Shown: piece by piece, positions 10,773 through 20,504 of the stretch
How positions within the stretch are numbered: the first letter of the stretch is position 1
Layout of the letters: each line of letters starts with the position of its first letter
Notes under the pieces: generated by a model
What the model was told of the DNA's origin: nothing
Seen by the model: only the letters and a program-made list of their open reading frames with translations
Databases searched by the model: none
Translations under genes and position numbers: made by a program
NCBI GenBank assembly: GCA_031370645.1
Contig: JANMQV010000009.1
Location: 25,675-89,674, forward strand
Source: Candidatus Eiseniibacteriota bacterium
GTDB lineage: Bacteria; Eisenbacteria; RBG-16-71-46; SZUA-252
DNA: 64,000 nt
Direction: 5' to 3'

Positions 10773-10774
10773 AC

Positions 10775-12079
10775 GTGGACCACGTCCGAGAGCTCGTGGC
10801 ACGGCACTTCGGCGAACGCGGCGGAGAGCTCTTGGTCGGCGGCATGGCGATTCGTGAATTGGCGGAGAAGTTCGGTACGCCGCTCTTCATCTACGACGCC
10901 GCCGCCATCGATCGGCAGATCGAGAATCTCCGCTCCACCTATCCCGCGCCATTCGAGATCTACTACTCAGTCAAGGCGAACCCCTGTCCCGCGGTGGTCC
11001 GCCACTTCGTGGAGCGCGGCCTCGGGCTCGAGATCGCCTCCGGCGGGGAATTCCACCAGGCGATTCGGGCGGGATGCGCGGCCGATCGAATTCTCTTCGC
11101 GGGTCCCGGGAAGAGCGAGCGGGAACTCGCCTACGTCCTCGAACACGGAATCGGCGAGATCCATCTCGAGTCGATCCTCGAGGGGAAGCGGGTCGCGTCG
11201 ATCAGCAAGCGATTGGGAATTCGAACGCGAGTCGCGCTTCGAGTCAATCCGGGCGCCGAAGCGCAGGGGGGCGCCATGCGAATGGGCGGGAAGCCGGCCC
11301 CGTTTGGCGTGGACGAAGAGCTCCTCGACGACGTCCTCAATCATTTGCTGGCCGAGTCGTCGCTCGATCTCCAGGGAATCCACCTCTACGCGGGGACGCA
11401 GATCCTCGACGACCGGATCCTCGTGACGCAGTACCGTCGAGGAATCGAGATCGCCCGGCGCGTTGCCGACCGGATGGGCCGCCCGCTCCGAACGATCGAT
11501 TTCGGGGGCGGGCTCGGCATTCCCTACTTCCCGAGCGAGTCGCCGCTGCCCCTCGCGCCGCTTGCGGAGGGTCTCGCGGTGATGGTGAAGGAGCTCCAGC
11601 CGGATGCTCGATTCGCGGGCACGCGTTTCATCATCGAACCGGGCCGCTATCTCGTCGGCGAAGCGGGGATCTACGTCACGCGCGTGAACGACATGAAGGT
11701 CTCGCGCGGGAAGACGTTTCTCGTCGTCGACGGCGGAATGAATCACCACTTGGCGGCGTCGGGAAATCTCGGCCAGGTCATCAAACGGAATTTCCCGGCC
11801 GCGATCTTGAATCGTCTTCAGGGCGATTCAACGCTGAAGGCCGACGTTGTCGGCCCGCTCTGCACGCCGCTCGACGTCATTGCCCGCGACCTTCCGCTTC
11901 CCGCCGCCGAGGTAGGGGATCTGTTCGGAATCTTCCAGTCGGGAGCCTACGGCCGCTCGGCGAGCCCACTCGGATTCCTGAGCCAGCCTACGCCCGCGGA
12001 AGTGCTGGTCCGAAACGGGGAGGCGATCCTGGCGCGTCGCGCCGGAACGTTCGAAGAGACCCTTGGAGACGTCCCCTGA
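10775..12079 (+). CDS. PLP-dependent fold-type III (LysA-like) decarboxylase, exosortase A system-associated type
   Basis: YYSVKANP, EIASGGE, FAGPGK, DFGGGLG, EPGRYLV, GPLCTPLD, GAYG; real start is GTG 10775 inside the 9269 ORF. Confidence 0.9.
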   Translation: MDHVRELVARHFGERGGELLVGGMAIRELAEKFGTPLFIYDAAAIDRQIENLRSTYPAPFEIYYSVKANPCPAVVRHFVERGLGLEIASGGEFHQAIRAGCAADRILFAGPGKSERELAYVLEHGIGEIHLESILEGKRVASISKRLGIRTRVALRVNPGAEAQGGAMRMGGKPAPFGVDEELLDDVLNHLLAESSLDLQGIHLYAGTQILDDRILVTQYRRGIEIARRVADRMGRPLRTIDFGGGLGIPYFPSESPLPLAPLAEGLAVMVKELQPDARFAGTRFIIEPGRYLVGEAGIYVTRVNDMKVSRGKTFLVVDGGMNHHLAASGNLGQVIKRNFPAAILNRLQGDSTLKADVVGPLCTPLDVIARDLPLPAAEVGDLFGIFQSGAYGRSASPLGFLSQPTPAEVLVRNGEAILARRAGTFEETLGDVP

Positions 12080-12110
12080 CCGCTGGAGGGATCGTGCCGG
12101 GGCAAACGGG

Positions 12111-13355
12111 TTGAAGCAAGTTCTCATGATCGCCTATCACTATCCTCCGCTTCGGGGGAGTAGCGGAATTCAGCGGACGCTTGCGTTCTCGCGCGATCTT
12201 CGCGAATTCGGATGGCAGCCGATCGTCCTGTCGGCCAACCCGCGCGCCTATCCCGGAACCGGCGCCGACCAGCTGCGCGATATCCCTGCGGATGTTCCCG
12301 TCTACCGCCCCTTCGCACTCGATACGTCGCGGCACCTGTCGATCCGTGGCGCCTATCCGCAGGCGCTCGCGCTCCCCGATCGGTGGTCGAGCTGGCTCCT
12401 CGGCGCGGTGCCCGCGGGGTGGGGCATCATTCGCCGGCATCGGCCCGACGTCATCTGGTCGACCTATCCGATCGCCACGGCCCACTTGATCGGTCTCTGG
12501 CTGCAGCGACTCTCCGGGCTCCCCTGGGTCGCCGATTTTCGCGACTCCATGACGGAGGCCAACTTTCCGCCGGACCCCACGCTTCGCCGCGTCCGCCAAG
12601 ACCTCGAACGGAAAACCGTGGAGCGCGCGTCGCGATCCGTGTTCACGACGCCCGGCGCCCGGCGTATGTATGCGGAGCGCTACCCGAACCTCTCGGCGGA
12701 GCGATGGACCGTGATCCCGAACGGATACGACGAGGGGCCGTTTCACGACGCGGAGGGCGCCGCCGGACCGACGCGGGCCGAGGGAGCGCCGACCGTGCTC
12801 GTCCACAGCGGGCTCCTCTATCCCAACGAGCGAGATCCCCGCGCGTTTTTCGATGCGCTGGCGTCGCTACGGCGCCAAGGGGCGGTCTCGTCGAGCACGT
12901 TGCAGGTCGTCCTCCGGGCAACCGGCTTCGACGATCCGTACCGTCCCATGCTGCGCGAGCGGGGAATCGAAGATCTCGTGCGTCTCGAGCCGCCGCTCGG
13001 TTACCGCGCCGCGCTCGCCGAGATGCTCGCCGCCGACGGGCTTCTCCTCTTCCAGGCCGCGAACTGCAATCATCAGATCCCGGCGAAGGTCTACGAGTAC
13101 CTTCGGGCGCGACGACCGATCTTCGCCATGACCGACTCCGGCGGCGACACCGCGCGCGTCCTCCGAGAAGCGGGAGTCGACAGCATCGTCCCGCTCGATT
13201 CCGCGGAGAAGATCGCTCAGGGTCTGTCGACCTTCCTCGACGCGCTCCGCCGGAAGGCCGCAGCGGTGCCCGGGCCCGAAGTGGTCGACCGCTATTCTCG
13301 TCGCGCGCGGGCACGCGAGCTCGCGGCGCTTCTCGATTCGATCACCGGAGGCTGA
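12111..13355 (+). CDS. Glycosyltransferase family 4-like
   Basis: VLMIAYHYPP..SSGIQR, WVADFRD, IPNGYDE, IPAKVYEYL. Confidence 0.85.
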   Translation: MKQVLMIAYHYPPLRGSSGIQRTLAFSRDLREFGWQPIVLSANPRAYPGTGADQLRDIPADVPVYRPFALDTSRHLSIRGAYPQALALPDRWSSWLLGAVPAGWGIIRRHRPDVIWSTYPIATAHLIGLWLQRLSGLPWVADFRDSMTEANFPPDPTLRRVRQDLERKTVERASRSVFTTPGARRMYAERYPNLSAERWTVIPNGYDEGPFHDAEGAAGPTRAEGAPTVLVHSGLLYPNERDPRAFFDALASLRRQGAVSSSTLQVVLRATGFDDPYRPMLRERGIEDLVRLEPPLGYRAALAEMLAADGLLLFQAANCNHQIPAKVYEYLRARRPIFAMTDSGGDTARVLREAGVDSIVPLDSAEKIAQGLSTFLDALRRKAAAVPGPEVVDRYSRRARARELAALLDSITGG

Positions 13356-13368
13356 CCGAGGAGCATTC

Positions 13369-14682
13369 ATGCGCGACTATCTCGTGCTGGCCATCATCCT
13401 TCTCGGGGCGCCGCTCGCCCTCTTCCGGCCGTATCTCGGCATCCTCTGGTGGTGCTGGATCAGCTACATGAATCCCCACCGCCTTACGTGGGGGATCGCC
13501 TACAACTTCCCGGCCGCCATGGTGATCGGCGGCGCCACGCTGGCGGGGCTCCTCTTCACCAAGGATCGAACGAAGGTCCCGTTCGAGCGAGAGACGATCC
13601 TTCTCATCATTCTCTACATCCTGTTCGTCGTGACGACGAACTTCGCCCTCGCTCCTATTTCAGCGTGGAGCCGCTTCACGGAAATCTCGAAGATTCTCCT
13701 GATGACGGTCGCCACGATGGCGCTCGTCACCTCGCGGCATCGGTTCCGGACGTTTCTTTTGGTGATCGCCTTGTCGGTCGGATTCTTCGGCGCGAAGGGA
13801 GGCCTCTTCAGCCTTCGGGGCGGCGGCGTGGACCGAATCTACGGCCCCCCGGGCTCGTTCCTCGAGGACAACAATGATCTGGCGCTCGCCATCGTCATGG
13901 TGCTTCCGCTGCTCTTCTACCTGACCCGCGACGAACCTCGAGCCTGGTTCCGGTGGGTGTTGCGAGGGACGGGCCTTCTTTCGATTCTCACCGTCATCTT
14001 CACCTACTCGCGCGGAGGGTTCGTCGGGCTCGCGGCTATCGCGGGGTGGTCGCTTCTGAAGTCGAAGAAGAAGTTTTTGGCGGTGATTCTGCTCGCGCTC
14101 GCGGTCGGAGTCGGATTCTTCTTCGTGCCGACGCAGTGGGTGGATCGAATGCAGACGATCGGCGACGTCGCGGACGAGTCGGCGCAAGGGCGGATCAACG
14201 CCTGGATGTTCGCCTACAATCTCGCTTCCGCCCGGCTCTTCGGCGGAGGCTTCGATGTCTGGTCGCCCGACCTCTTTCTCAGATACGCGCCGAATCCGAC
14301 GGATTTTCACGCCGCTCACAGCATCTATTTCGAAATGCTCGGCGAGCAGGGCTTCATCGGGCTCGGACTCTTCCTGGCCATCCTCGCCTCTTCGATCTTC
14401 AGTTTGCAGGGACTACGTCGCTACCGACACTGGCCGGAGATGCGGTGGGTATCGGACTACGCCGACATGCTGCAGATCGCCTTGATCGGCTACGTCACGA
14501 GCGGGGCGTTTCTCGGGCGCGCGAACTTCGACCTCTACTACCACTTGATCGCCGCCACGATCATCTTGAAAGCGCTCGCGAAACGGGAGGCGTGGGCTCT
14601 CTCGCAGGCCGCCGCGGAGCCGGAGCCCGCGTCCGAGATTCCCGCGCTGTCCCAGCCCGTGCCGGGACTACAACCGGGGTGA
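13369..14682 (+). CDS. Putative O-glycosylation ligase (O-antigen ligase-like), exosortase A system-associated
   Basis: Multi-TM; YMNPHRL, DNNDLAL, TYSRGGFVGL, SAQGRINAW, AAHSIYFEMLGEQG. Confidence 0.88.
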   Translation: MRDYLVLAIILLGAPLALFRPYLGILWWCWISYMNPHRLTWGIAYNFPAAMVIGGATLAGLLFTKDRTKVPFERETILLIILYILFVVTTNFALAPISAWSRFTEISKILLMTVATMALVTSRHRFRTFLLVIALSVGFFGAKGGLFSLRGGGVDRIYGPPGSFLEDNNDLALAIVMVLPLLFYLTRDEPRAWFRWVLRGTGLLSILTVIFTYSRGGFVGLAAIAGWSLLKSKKKFLAVILLALAVGVGFFFVPTQWVDRMQTIGDVADESAQGRINAWMFAYNLASARLFGGGFDVWSPDLFLRYAPNPTDFHAAHSIYFEMLGEQGFIGLGLFLAILASSIFSLQGLRRYRHWPEMRWVSDYADMLQIALIGYVTSGAFLGRANFDLYYHLIAATIILKALAKREAWALSQAAAEPEPASEIPALSQPVPGLQPG

Positions 14683-14723
14683 GCAGCACCGGCGACAAAC
14701 CGAGCGCCGGCTGAGGAAGGGAA

Positions 14724-16184
14724 TTACGGAGCGCGGAGGTTGAGGGGAACGCCGGGAGGTGTCGTATCGGCTCCCGTCGCGACCGACGACTTGAGAGCAG
14801 CCTGCAAGCGCCAGCCGGGATTCACGCCCTGTCCCGCATAGGCCCCCCGGTAGCGGAAGTCGGCCTTCGCGTCCGCATTGAAGTCGCGGTCGTAGGCGAC
14901 GTTGGTGGAAAAGGGTGAAAGATCGAGCGGCGTCCCGCTACAGCCGCTGCACGAAATCGCCGGGTAGAAGTCCATCTGCCCGAGGATCTCCGAGGGCGCC
15001 GTGAAGTAGGGGGAACCGTCCGAGGGGGTACCGATCACGTTGCTCCCGGCCGTCGGCACCGAACCGCCGAGTCCTGCCCCGCCGGTCACGATGAGATTCC
15101 CGCGCACGATTCCACCCTCACGCGGCGCGGTCGAGTACCGAATCCCGCCGCCGGAAACGCTGTAGACCGTGTTGTTGTAGACGTTCGTGAGCTTCAGCGG
15201 GCCGTTGTGATCGGTAAAGACCACCGACATCTGTCCGGCACCGGACGAAACGAACACGTTGTCGTGAACCGTCATTCGGCCCGTCGCCTGGAAAAGCGCT
15301 TCATTCGGGTTCTTGTAGAAGAAATTGCCGTAGATCTCGTAGAGGTCCTGGCTTCCCATTCCGGTGTCGGGGAAGGGATCGACGAGCAGATTGGGCCGCA
15401 CCGCGACCACCTGCCCCGGCGCCCAGTTGTTCTTCTCCTTGATGAAGACGTTGTTCCGGATGATCGTCCGATGAGGCTCCGGCGGGAGCGCGGTGGCCCA
15501 CGGCTGCGTTCCGTAGGCGAGTTGATTCTTGATCTCCATGTTGTAGCCGATGCTGTTGAGGAACAGATTCCCCTCGATCACGCCCGCGACGAACGGCTGC
15601 GTCCCGTCGGAGTTCCCGAGATAGATGCCGGTTCCCGCCTCGATGATCTTGTTGCCGCGAATCGTCCAGTTCCAAGCGGGGGACTTGGTGGAAATCGCGA
15701 CCGTCCCCTGACTGTTGTCCTGGCCGATCAGAGTGCAATTCTCGATGAGAATGTCGTGGGTTGGGTTTCCCTTCGCGTTGATGCCGTCGATGGCATCCAG
15801 ACCCGCGCTGTCGATCGTGACGTTCCGTAGCACGACGTACGATGTGCCGCCCAGCTGAACCGTGTTGCAGCAGGTCGACGCCGTCGTGATGGTCGCGGCA
15901 GGGCCCGACGCGGGCCCCGTGATGACGATCCACGCCGAAGGGGTGCCATTCTTTCCATCCAGAACGAGGCGATCCGGGTAATTGCCGGAAGGGAGGTAGA
16001 GCGTGTCGCCGGGCGCGAGCGATCCGACGAGCGTCCGATAGTAGCCTGCTTGGCCGGAGACCGCTCCCGGCGTCGCGACGAGGGTTCGAGACTCCGCCAT
16101 CGAAGGAAGGCTTACGCCCACCACGAGGAGCGCCAGAGCAACCGCGGCGCGAACCGGCGATGCCAATTCCACTCGACGATTCAT
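14724..16184 (-). CDS. Secreted right-handed parallel beta-helix protein (pectin lyase-like fold; polysaccharide-binding or lyase)
   Basis: Signal peptide, PGDTLYL start, repeated IxxNxI/F coils (IENCTL, IRGNKI, IEGNLF, IRNNVF, IYGNFF, VYNNTV); ends DTTPPGVPLNLRAP. Confidence 0.78.
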   Translation of the reverse strand: MNRRVELASPVRAAVALALLVVGVSLPSMAESRTLVATPGAVSGQAGYYRTLVGSLAPGDTLYLPSGNYPDRLVLDGKNGTPSAWIVITGPASGPAATITTASTCCNTVQLGGTSYVVLRNVTIDSAGLDAIDGINAKGNPTHDILIENCTLIGQDNSQGTVAISTKSPAWNWTIRGNKIIEAGTGIYLGNSDGTQPFVAGVIEGNLFLNSIGYNMEIKNQLAYGTQPWATALPPEPHRTIIRNNVFIKEKNNWAPGQVVAVRPNLLVDPFPDTGMGSQDLYEIYGNFFYKNPNEALFQATGRMTVHDNVFVSSGAGQMSVVFTDHNGPLKLTNVYNNTVYSVSGGGIRYSTAPREGGIVRGNLIVTGGAGLGGSVPTAGSNVIGTPSDGSPYFTAPSEILGQMDFYPAISCSGCSGTPLDLSPFSTNVAYDRDFNADAKADFRYRGAYAGQGVNPGWRLQAALKSSVATGADTTPPGVPLNLRAP

Positions 16185-16328
16185 GTCGTTCGCTCCGGGC
16201 TCGGCCGCACGAGAGTTAGGCGTAGGGAGTTGGATCCCGATGACCATCTCGCGCGTTGCGTGTTTGGGGTCGATCAGAACCGAGTACCCCGTTTTGGGCG
16301 AACTCGTTCCCGAATCCACCCGGAATTT

Positions 16329-16344
16329 AGCACGATTCGGGCCA
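16329..16344 (-). promoter_or_regulatory. sigma54 -24/-12 promoter for beta-helix gene
   Basis: Minus strand TGGCCCGAATCGTGCT (GG-N10-GC). Confidence 0.65.
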
Positions 16345-16608
16345 AGTCGCGCTCCCGTATGGAATCGAGCACTTGGCGCCGAATCATTCCCGATTCATCG
16401 ACAGAACGCGTGTCGCGGCTTGCACTCCGCGAGGGCGAAATCGCGAAGCGCGGTGAAAACCGAGCCGGTCGTTCCGCATCCAATGGTTCTACCCCTTCCG
16501 GCGGCAGGAAAAGGTGTGCCGTCTGGCCGGGGGACTAACGTCCCGGCAGGAAACGTGTTAGGCCGATCGATGCGCTCCCTGCAAACGCCGGGAGAAGCGG
16601 AGTGGCGT

Positions 16609-16624
16609 TGGTGCGAAATTTGCG
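16609..16624 (+). promoter_or_regulatory. sigma54 -24/-12 promoter for Fn3-CTD/xrtA operon
   Basis: TGGTGCGAAATTTGCG (GG-N10-GC), 55 bp before ATG. Confidence 0.6.
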
Positions 16625-16679
16625 TCATTCTTCGACGATCCTACCCTGTATGGGTTTAGCGTCCGATGCGGAGGCCTTG

Positions 16680-17723
16680 ATGAGAGTCCGATTCATGCCC
16701 GACGTGGTTCGCGCCCTGGCGTGCGCGGGTATCGTCTCAACCATGACGATTGCCCCGGCGGCGTTCTTCCTGCCGGCGACGCCTGCCTTCGCGCAGACCA
16801 GTGCCGCGAACAGCATGACACTACTTTGGACGGCGTCGGGAGATGACGGAGACCAGGGGCAGGTGAGCGGTTATGAAGCGCGCTTTCGCACCACCCCGCC
16901 TGCCGCGGGCGACACCCTCACCTGGTGGAATGGCGTGCCCTCCGGGCAACGAATCACCCTCGGCCCGCCTCGCGCGTCGGCTGGCGCCGATGATTCGACG
17001 AAAGTGACCGGATTGTCTCAGAACACTACGTATTACTTCGTGATTCGGGCCTTCGACGAACAGCCCAATTACTCCGCGTACTCGAACGTCGCTACCGGAA
17101 CTACCGCCTCATGCAACGCTCCCAGCGCGGCGCCAACCGGATTCGGAGCGGTTGCCGACACGGGACAGGTGACCGTCTCGTGGGGCGCCACGTCCGACCC
17201 GCTCGCGCTCTCCCTCCACTTGTACCGAGCTCAGGGTTCGACGGGCGCGTTCAACCAGATTCAGAATCTCTCGCCCGGCACGACCTCGTTCCTCGACACG
17301 TCCGTCTTGGCCGGCACGACCTATCGATATCGCGCGGCCTACATGGGCACGCTCTGCGAAGGCCCGACGACCGGCGTCGCGACCGTGACGCTGCCGGGGA
17401 CGCCGCCGCCACCGCCGCCCGCGGCCACGGCGGGCTCTTCGACCATTCACGCCTATCCGAACCCCGCGAGCAGCGCGACCGGATCGATTCGGATCGTCGT
17501 CGATGTGGACGCCACCGTGGCGACACCGGCCTACCTTCGTCTCTTCGACCTGAACGGACACTGGGTCGCCACGCTGGCCGATGGGAACTACCCGCCCGGT
17601 AAGACCGAGGTAGCCTGGAACCGGATCGGGCGCGACGGGCGAACCGTGGGACCCGGTTACTATGAAATCCTCGGGACCATAGGCATCACGCGGGTACGCG
17701 ACCGCATCGTCCTCCTTCCGTAG
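16680..17723 (+). CDS. Secreted protein with two Fn3 domains and FlgD/T9SS-like C-terminal domain
   Basis: GGAGG RBS; signal peptide; LLWTASGDDG..YYFVIRAFDE..SNVA; second Fn3; AYPNP..LFDLNG..W..G..VGPGYY. Confidence 0.8.
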   Translation: MRVRFMPDVVRALACAGIVSTMTIAPAAFFLPATPAFAQTSAANSMTLLWTASGDDGDQGQVSGYEARFRTTPPAAGDTLTWWNGVPSGQRITLGPPRASAGADDSTKVTGLSQNTTYYFVIRAFDEQPNYSAYSNVATGTTASCNAPSAAPTGFGAVADTGQVTVSWGATSDPLALSLHLYRAQGSTGAFNQIQNLSPGTTSFLDTSVLAGTTYRYRAAYMGTLCEGPTTGVATVTLPGTPPPPPPAATAGSSTIHAYPNPASSATGSIRIVVDVDATVATPAYLRLFDLNGHWVATLADGNYPPGKTEVAWNRIGRDGRTVGPGYYEILGTIGITRVRDRIVLLP

Positions 17724-19258
17724 TGAATCCCGCCCCTTCGCGCGGTTGGACCTCCGCGCTCGTCGCGTTCGCCGCGACGTTTGTCTTCGCGCTCCTCGTC
17801 TACGGGAGCACCATCGCGTCGCTCGTGAACATCTGGAGAATCTCGGACACCTTCGCGCATGGATTCCTCGTGCTGCCGGTCTGCGTCCTTCTTGCGTGGC
17901 GCTCGCGCGACCGGCTGGTAACGCTCCAGCCGCGACCCTACCCCCTCGCCCTGATCGGACTCCTTCCACTCGGCTTCGGGTGGATCATGGGCCGCGCCGC
18001 GAGCACGCTCTCCGTCGAACAGTTCTGTTTCGTGGCGATGATTCCGATCCTCGTGATTGCGCACTTCGGCCCGGCCGTCGCTCGCCGCCTCGCGTTTCCG
18101 CTCGCGTTTCTCTTCTTCGCCGTGCCGTTCGGCGATGTCTTCCAGCCGCGGCTCATGGAGATCACCGCCGGGTTCGCGGAGCGGACGCTTCGATGGAGCG
18201 GCGTGGAAGTTTCCCGGGAGGGGCTCTTCCTCGCCACGACGAATTCACGCTGGCGGGTCGTCGAGTCGTGCAGCGGGCTGCGATTCACGGTCGCGGGAGT
18301 CGTTCTGGCGACTCTCTTCGCCCACCTCTCGTACCGTTCGAATCTCAAGCGGGCCATCTTCGTCGCCTCGGCCGTGCCCGTTTCGATTCTCGCGAACGGG
18401 ATCCGCGCATACGTCCTCATCATGCTCGGACACCTGACCCACATGCGCCGTGGCGTGGGATTCGATCACTACATGTACGGATGGCTCGTCTTCACGCTCG
18501 TGATGGCCGCGTTCTTCATGATCGGCTCCGCATTTCGAGATCCTGAACGGCCGGCAACTCCCGCGGGTACGGGAGAAGGGGACGGTCCGCCGAGTGCGCC
18601 GCTCCCCCTCGGCCGTCGCGTCTCTGTCGCGGCTCTCGCGGCCATCTTCCTTGCCGCGTGGCCGGTGCTCGATGCGATCGGTTCGTCCCGCGGACTCGAT
18701 CGGACTCCCGTCGTTCTCGCCGCCCCGGCCCCGCAGCGTGGCTGGGTGCTCGAGGCCGTGCAGGACTCGCTTTGGAAGCCCCACTTTCTCGGCGCCACTT
18801 CCGAGCTGAATGAACGCTATGCCGGAGCCGGCGGCACCGTTCAATGCTTTGTCGCGTATTACACGAACCAGTCGCAGGGGCGGGAACTGCTGCACACGGG
18901 GAACCGGATCATCGTGATGGGAGATCCGACGTGGCTCGTCGTCGGGGAGGGGAGCCGCTCGTTGCCCGGCAGCTCGCCGCCCGCGTCGATCCGTGAGACC
19001 TCGGTTCGCGGTCCCGACGGTCCGATGGTCGTCTGGAACTGGTACTGGCTTCCCGACGAGTACACTTCCGACCCGTTCCGGGCAAAGTGGCTTCAAGCGA
19101 AGAGCCGCATGCTCGGCCGGGGAGACCGTGCCGCCGTGATCGTGCTCGCCGCGACCGCGCCCGATCCGCGCGACGCCGAACGGTTGCTGGCGCAATTCAG
19201 CGGCGACATGCTCCCTTCGATCCGACTCGCCCTTCGAAGCGCGCAACATTCCCGCTAG
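17723..19258 (+). CDS. xrtA: Exosortase A with C-terminal EpsI-like domain
   Basis: FAHGFLVLP, FLFFAVPFG, VVESCSGLRF (Cys), ANGIRAY (Arg), FDHYMYGWLVF (His); C-terminal QGRELL..WNWYW. Confidence 0.92.
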   Translation: MNPAPSRGWTSALVAFAATFVFALLVYGSTIASLVNIWRISDTFAHGFLVLPVCVLLAWRSRDRLVTLQPRPYPLALIGLLPLGFGWIMGRAASTLSVEQFCFVAMIPILVIAHFGPAVARRLAFPLAFLFFAVPFGDVFQPRLMEITAGFAERTLRWSGVEVSREGLFLATTNSRWRVVESCSGLRFTVAGVVLATLFAHLSYRSNLKRAIFVASAVPVSILANGIRAYVLIMLGHLTHMRRGVGFDHYMYGWLVFTLVMAAFFMIGSAFRDPERPATPAGTGEGDGPPSAPLPLGRRVSVAALAAIFLAAWPVLDAIGSSRGLDRTPVVLAAPAPQRGWVLEAVQDSLWKPHFLGATSELNERYAGAGGTVQCFVAYYTNQSQGRELLHTGNRIIVMGDPTWLVVGEGSRSLPGSSPPASIRETSVRGPDGPMVVWNWYWLPDEYTSDPFRAKWLQAKSRMLGRGDRAAVIVLAATAPDPRDAERLLAQFSGDMLPSIRLALRSAQHSR

Positions 19259-19437
19259 TTCCTCCCGCTTCACCTCCTCACCCCCAAACGATTCTCGTTC
19301 GATCGCGTGCAGCATGAGCGACCGCCGCGTGCGGATCGCGCCGTGCATCGTGCGCGTTCGGACACGCCTCGCGCGCTAGCTGCTTACCGACGACCGTGTT
19401 TGCAGCGTGCAGGGTGCACCGCGCGTACTCCGCGCCA

Positions 19438-19453
19438 TGGCACATTTCGTGCA
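19438..19453 (+). promoter_or_regulatory. sigma54 -24/-12 promoter for tandem Fn3 genes
   Basis: TGGCACATTTCGTGCA. Confidence 0.72.
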
Positions 19454-19682
19454 GACACTGGCGCGCGGTGGGATGGGGGTCCTGCCAAACATCAATCGAG
19501 TCCCATGAACGCATGCGACCCGCCCTCTCGGGTGGGGAGCAACACCGTGGGCAATCGGACCCAGGCGAACGCTCGCGTTCGGCTGGGTACAGAACTGCAT
19601 CTCGAGGAGGATCTCCATGCGCCGTTGCCTACCTGTTCCTCACCACCCCCTTCGCGGCCCTCGAATCGCGATGCGGGGAGTC

Positions 19683-20504
19683 ATGCGCCGTTCTCTCCTG
19701 ATCGGAGCGGCGATTCTCACCATGTTCGCGGCCGGAGTCGCGAAAGCACAGACCTCGGCCGACTCGTCGGTAGTTCTGCAGTGGACCGCGCCGGGAGATG
19801 ACGGCACGATCGGCCGCGCCACATCGTATGACCTTCGGTATCGCACGACCGCGATCTCGGCCACGGATACTCTGACGTGGTGGAACGGCGCGACTCCGGT
19901 AAGCGGCGAGCCCGTCCCGAGCACCTCCGGAGCGACCGATTCGATGCGAGTACGCGGTCTCACGCCCTTGACGACCTACTTCTTCATCGTGCGCGCGGCC
20001 GATGAGGTTCCGAATTGGTCGGGATACTCGAACGTGGCGAGCAAGACGACGTCCGGCGATGCGACGCCGCCGGCCGCCATTACCACGCTGGCGGTGACCG
20101 CTACGACCGGCTCCACCATGGCACTTCGGTGGAACGCTCCGGGTAACGACGGGAGCACGGGCACGGCCGCCAGCTACGATATCCGCTATTCGACGAGTCC
20201 CATCACCTCGGCCAATTGGACAACCGCAACGCAGGCGACCGGGGAACCGGCTCCCGCCGTCGCGGGGACGCAGCAGGTCTACACACTCCCCGGACTCTCC
20301 GGAAGTCAGACCTATTACGTGGCGATCAAGGCGACGGACGGCAGCGGTAACGTCGGAGCGCTGTCGAATGTCGTGAGCGGCACCACGGCCGACACGGTCG
20401 CGCCGGCCGCGGTTCGCGATCTCTCGATGCGCGATCTGCCGGCGGGCAATCAAGGGCCGCCGGTCGCGACGCTTCGCGGCGGCAACGAGCGTCATGATTC
20501 CTAA
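19683..20504 (+). CDS. Secreted tandem Fn3 protein without C-terminal sorting domain (alternative start 19617)
   Basis: Signal peptide MRRSLLIGAAILTMFAAGVAKA; LQWTAPGDDG and LRWNAPGNDG domains; tail DTVAPAAVRDLSMR. Confidence 0.8.
   Translation: MRRSLLIGAAILTMFAAGVAKAQTSADSSVVLQWTAPGDDGTIGRATSYDLRYRTTAISATDTLTWWNGATPVSGEPVPSTSGATDSMRVRGLTPLTTYFFIVRAADEVPNWSGYSNVASKTTSGDATPPAAITTLAVTATTGSTMALRWNAPGNDGSTGTAASYDIRYSTSPITSANWTTATQATGEPAPAVAGTQQVYTLPGLSGSQTYYVAIKATDGSGNVGALSNVVSGTTADTVAPAAVRDLSMRDLPAGNQGPPVATLRGGNERHDS

Noticed and set aside
9269-10774. Apparent 500-aa N-terminal extension on the decarboxylase (likewise on GH57, SNF2, XerD, Big_5 and DUF4870 ORFs)
   Set aside because: Arg-rich off-frame read-through overlapping the real upstream gene; internal GTG starts fit operon spacing
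10775-12079. Calling the decarboxylase lysA because dapA/dapB are in the window
   Set aside because: MGGKPAPFG and HHLAASGNLGQ motifs plus coupling to the acyl ligase indicate the exosortase-associated paralog
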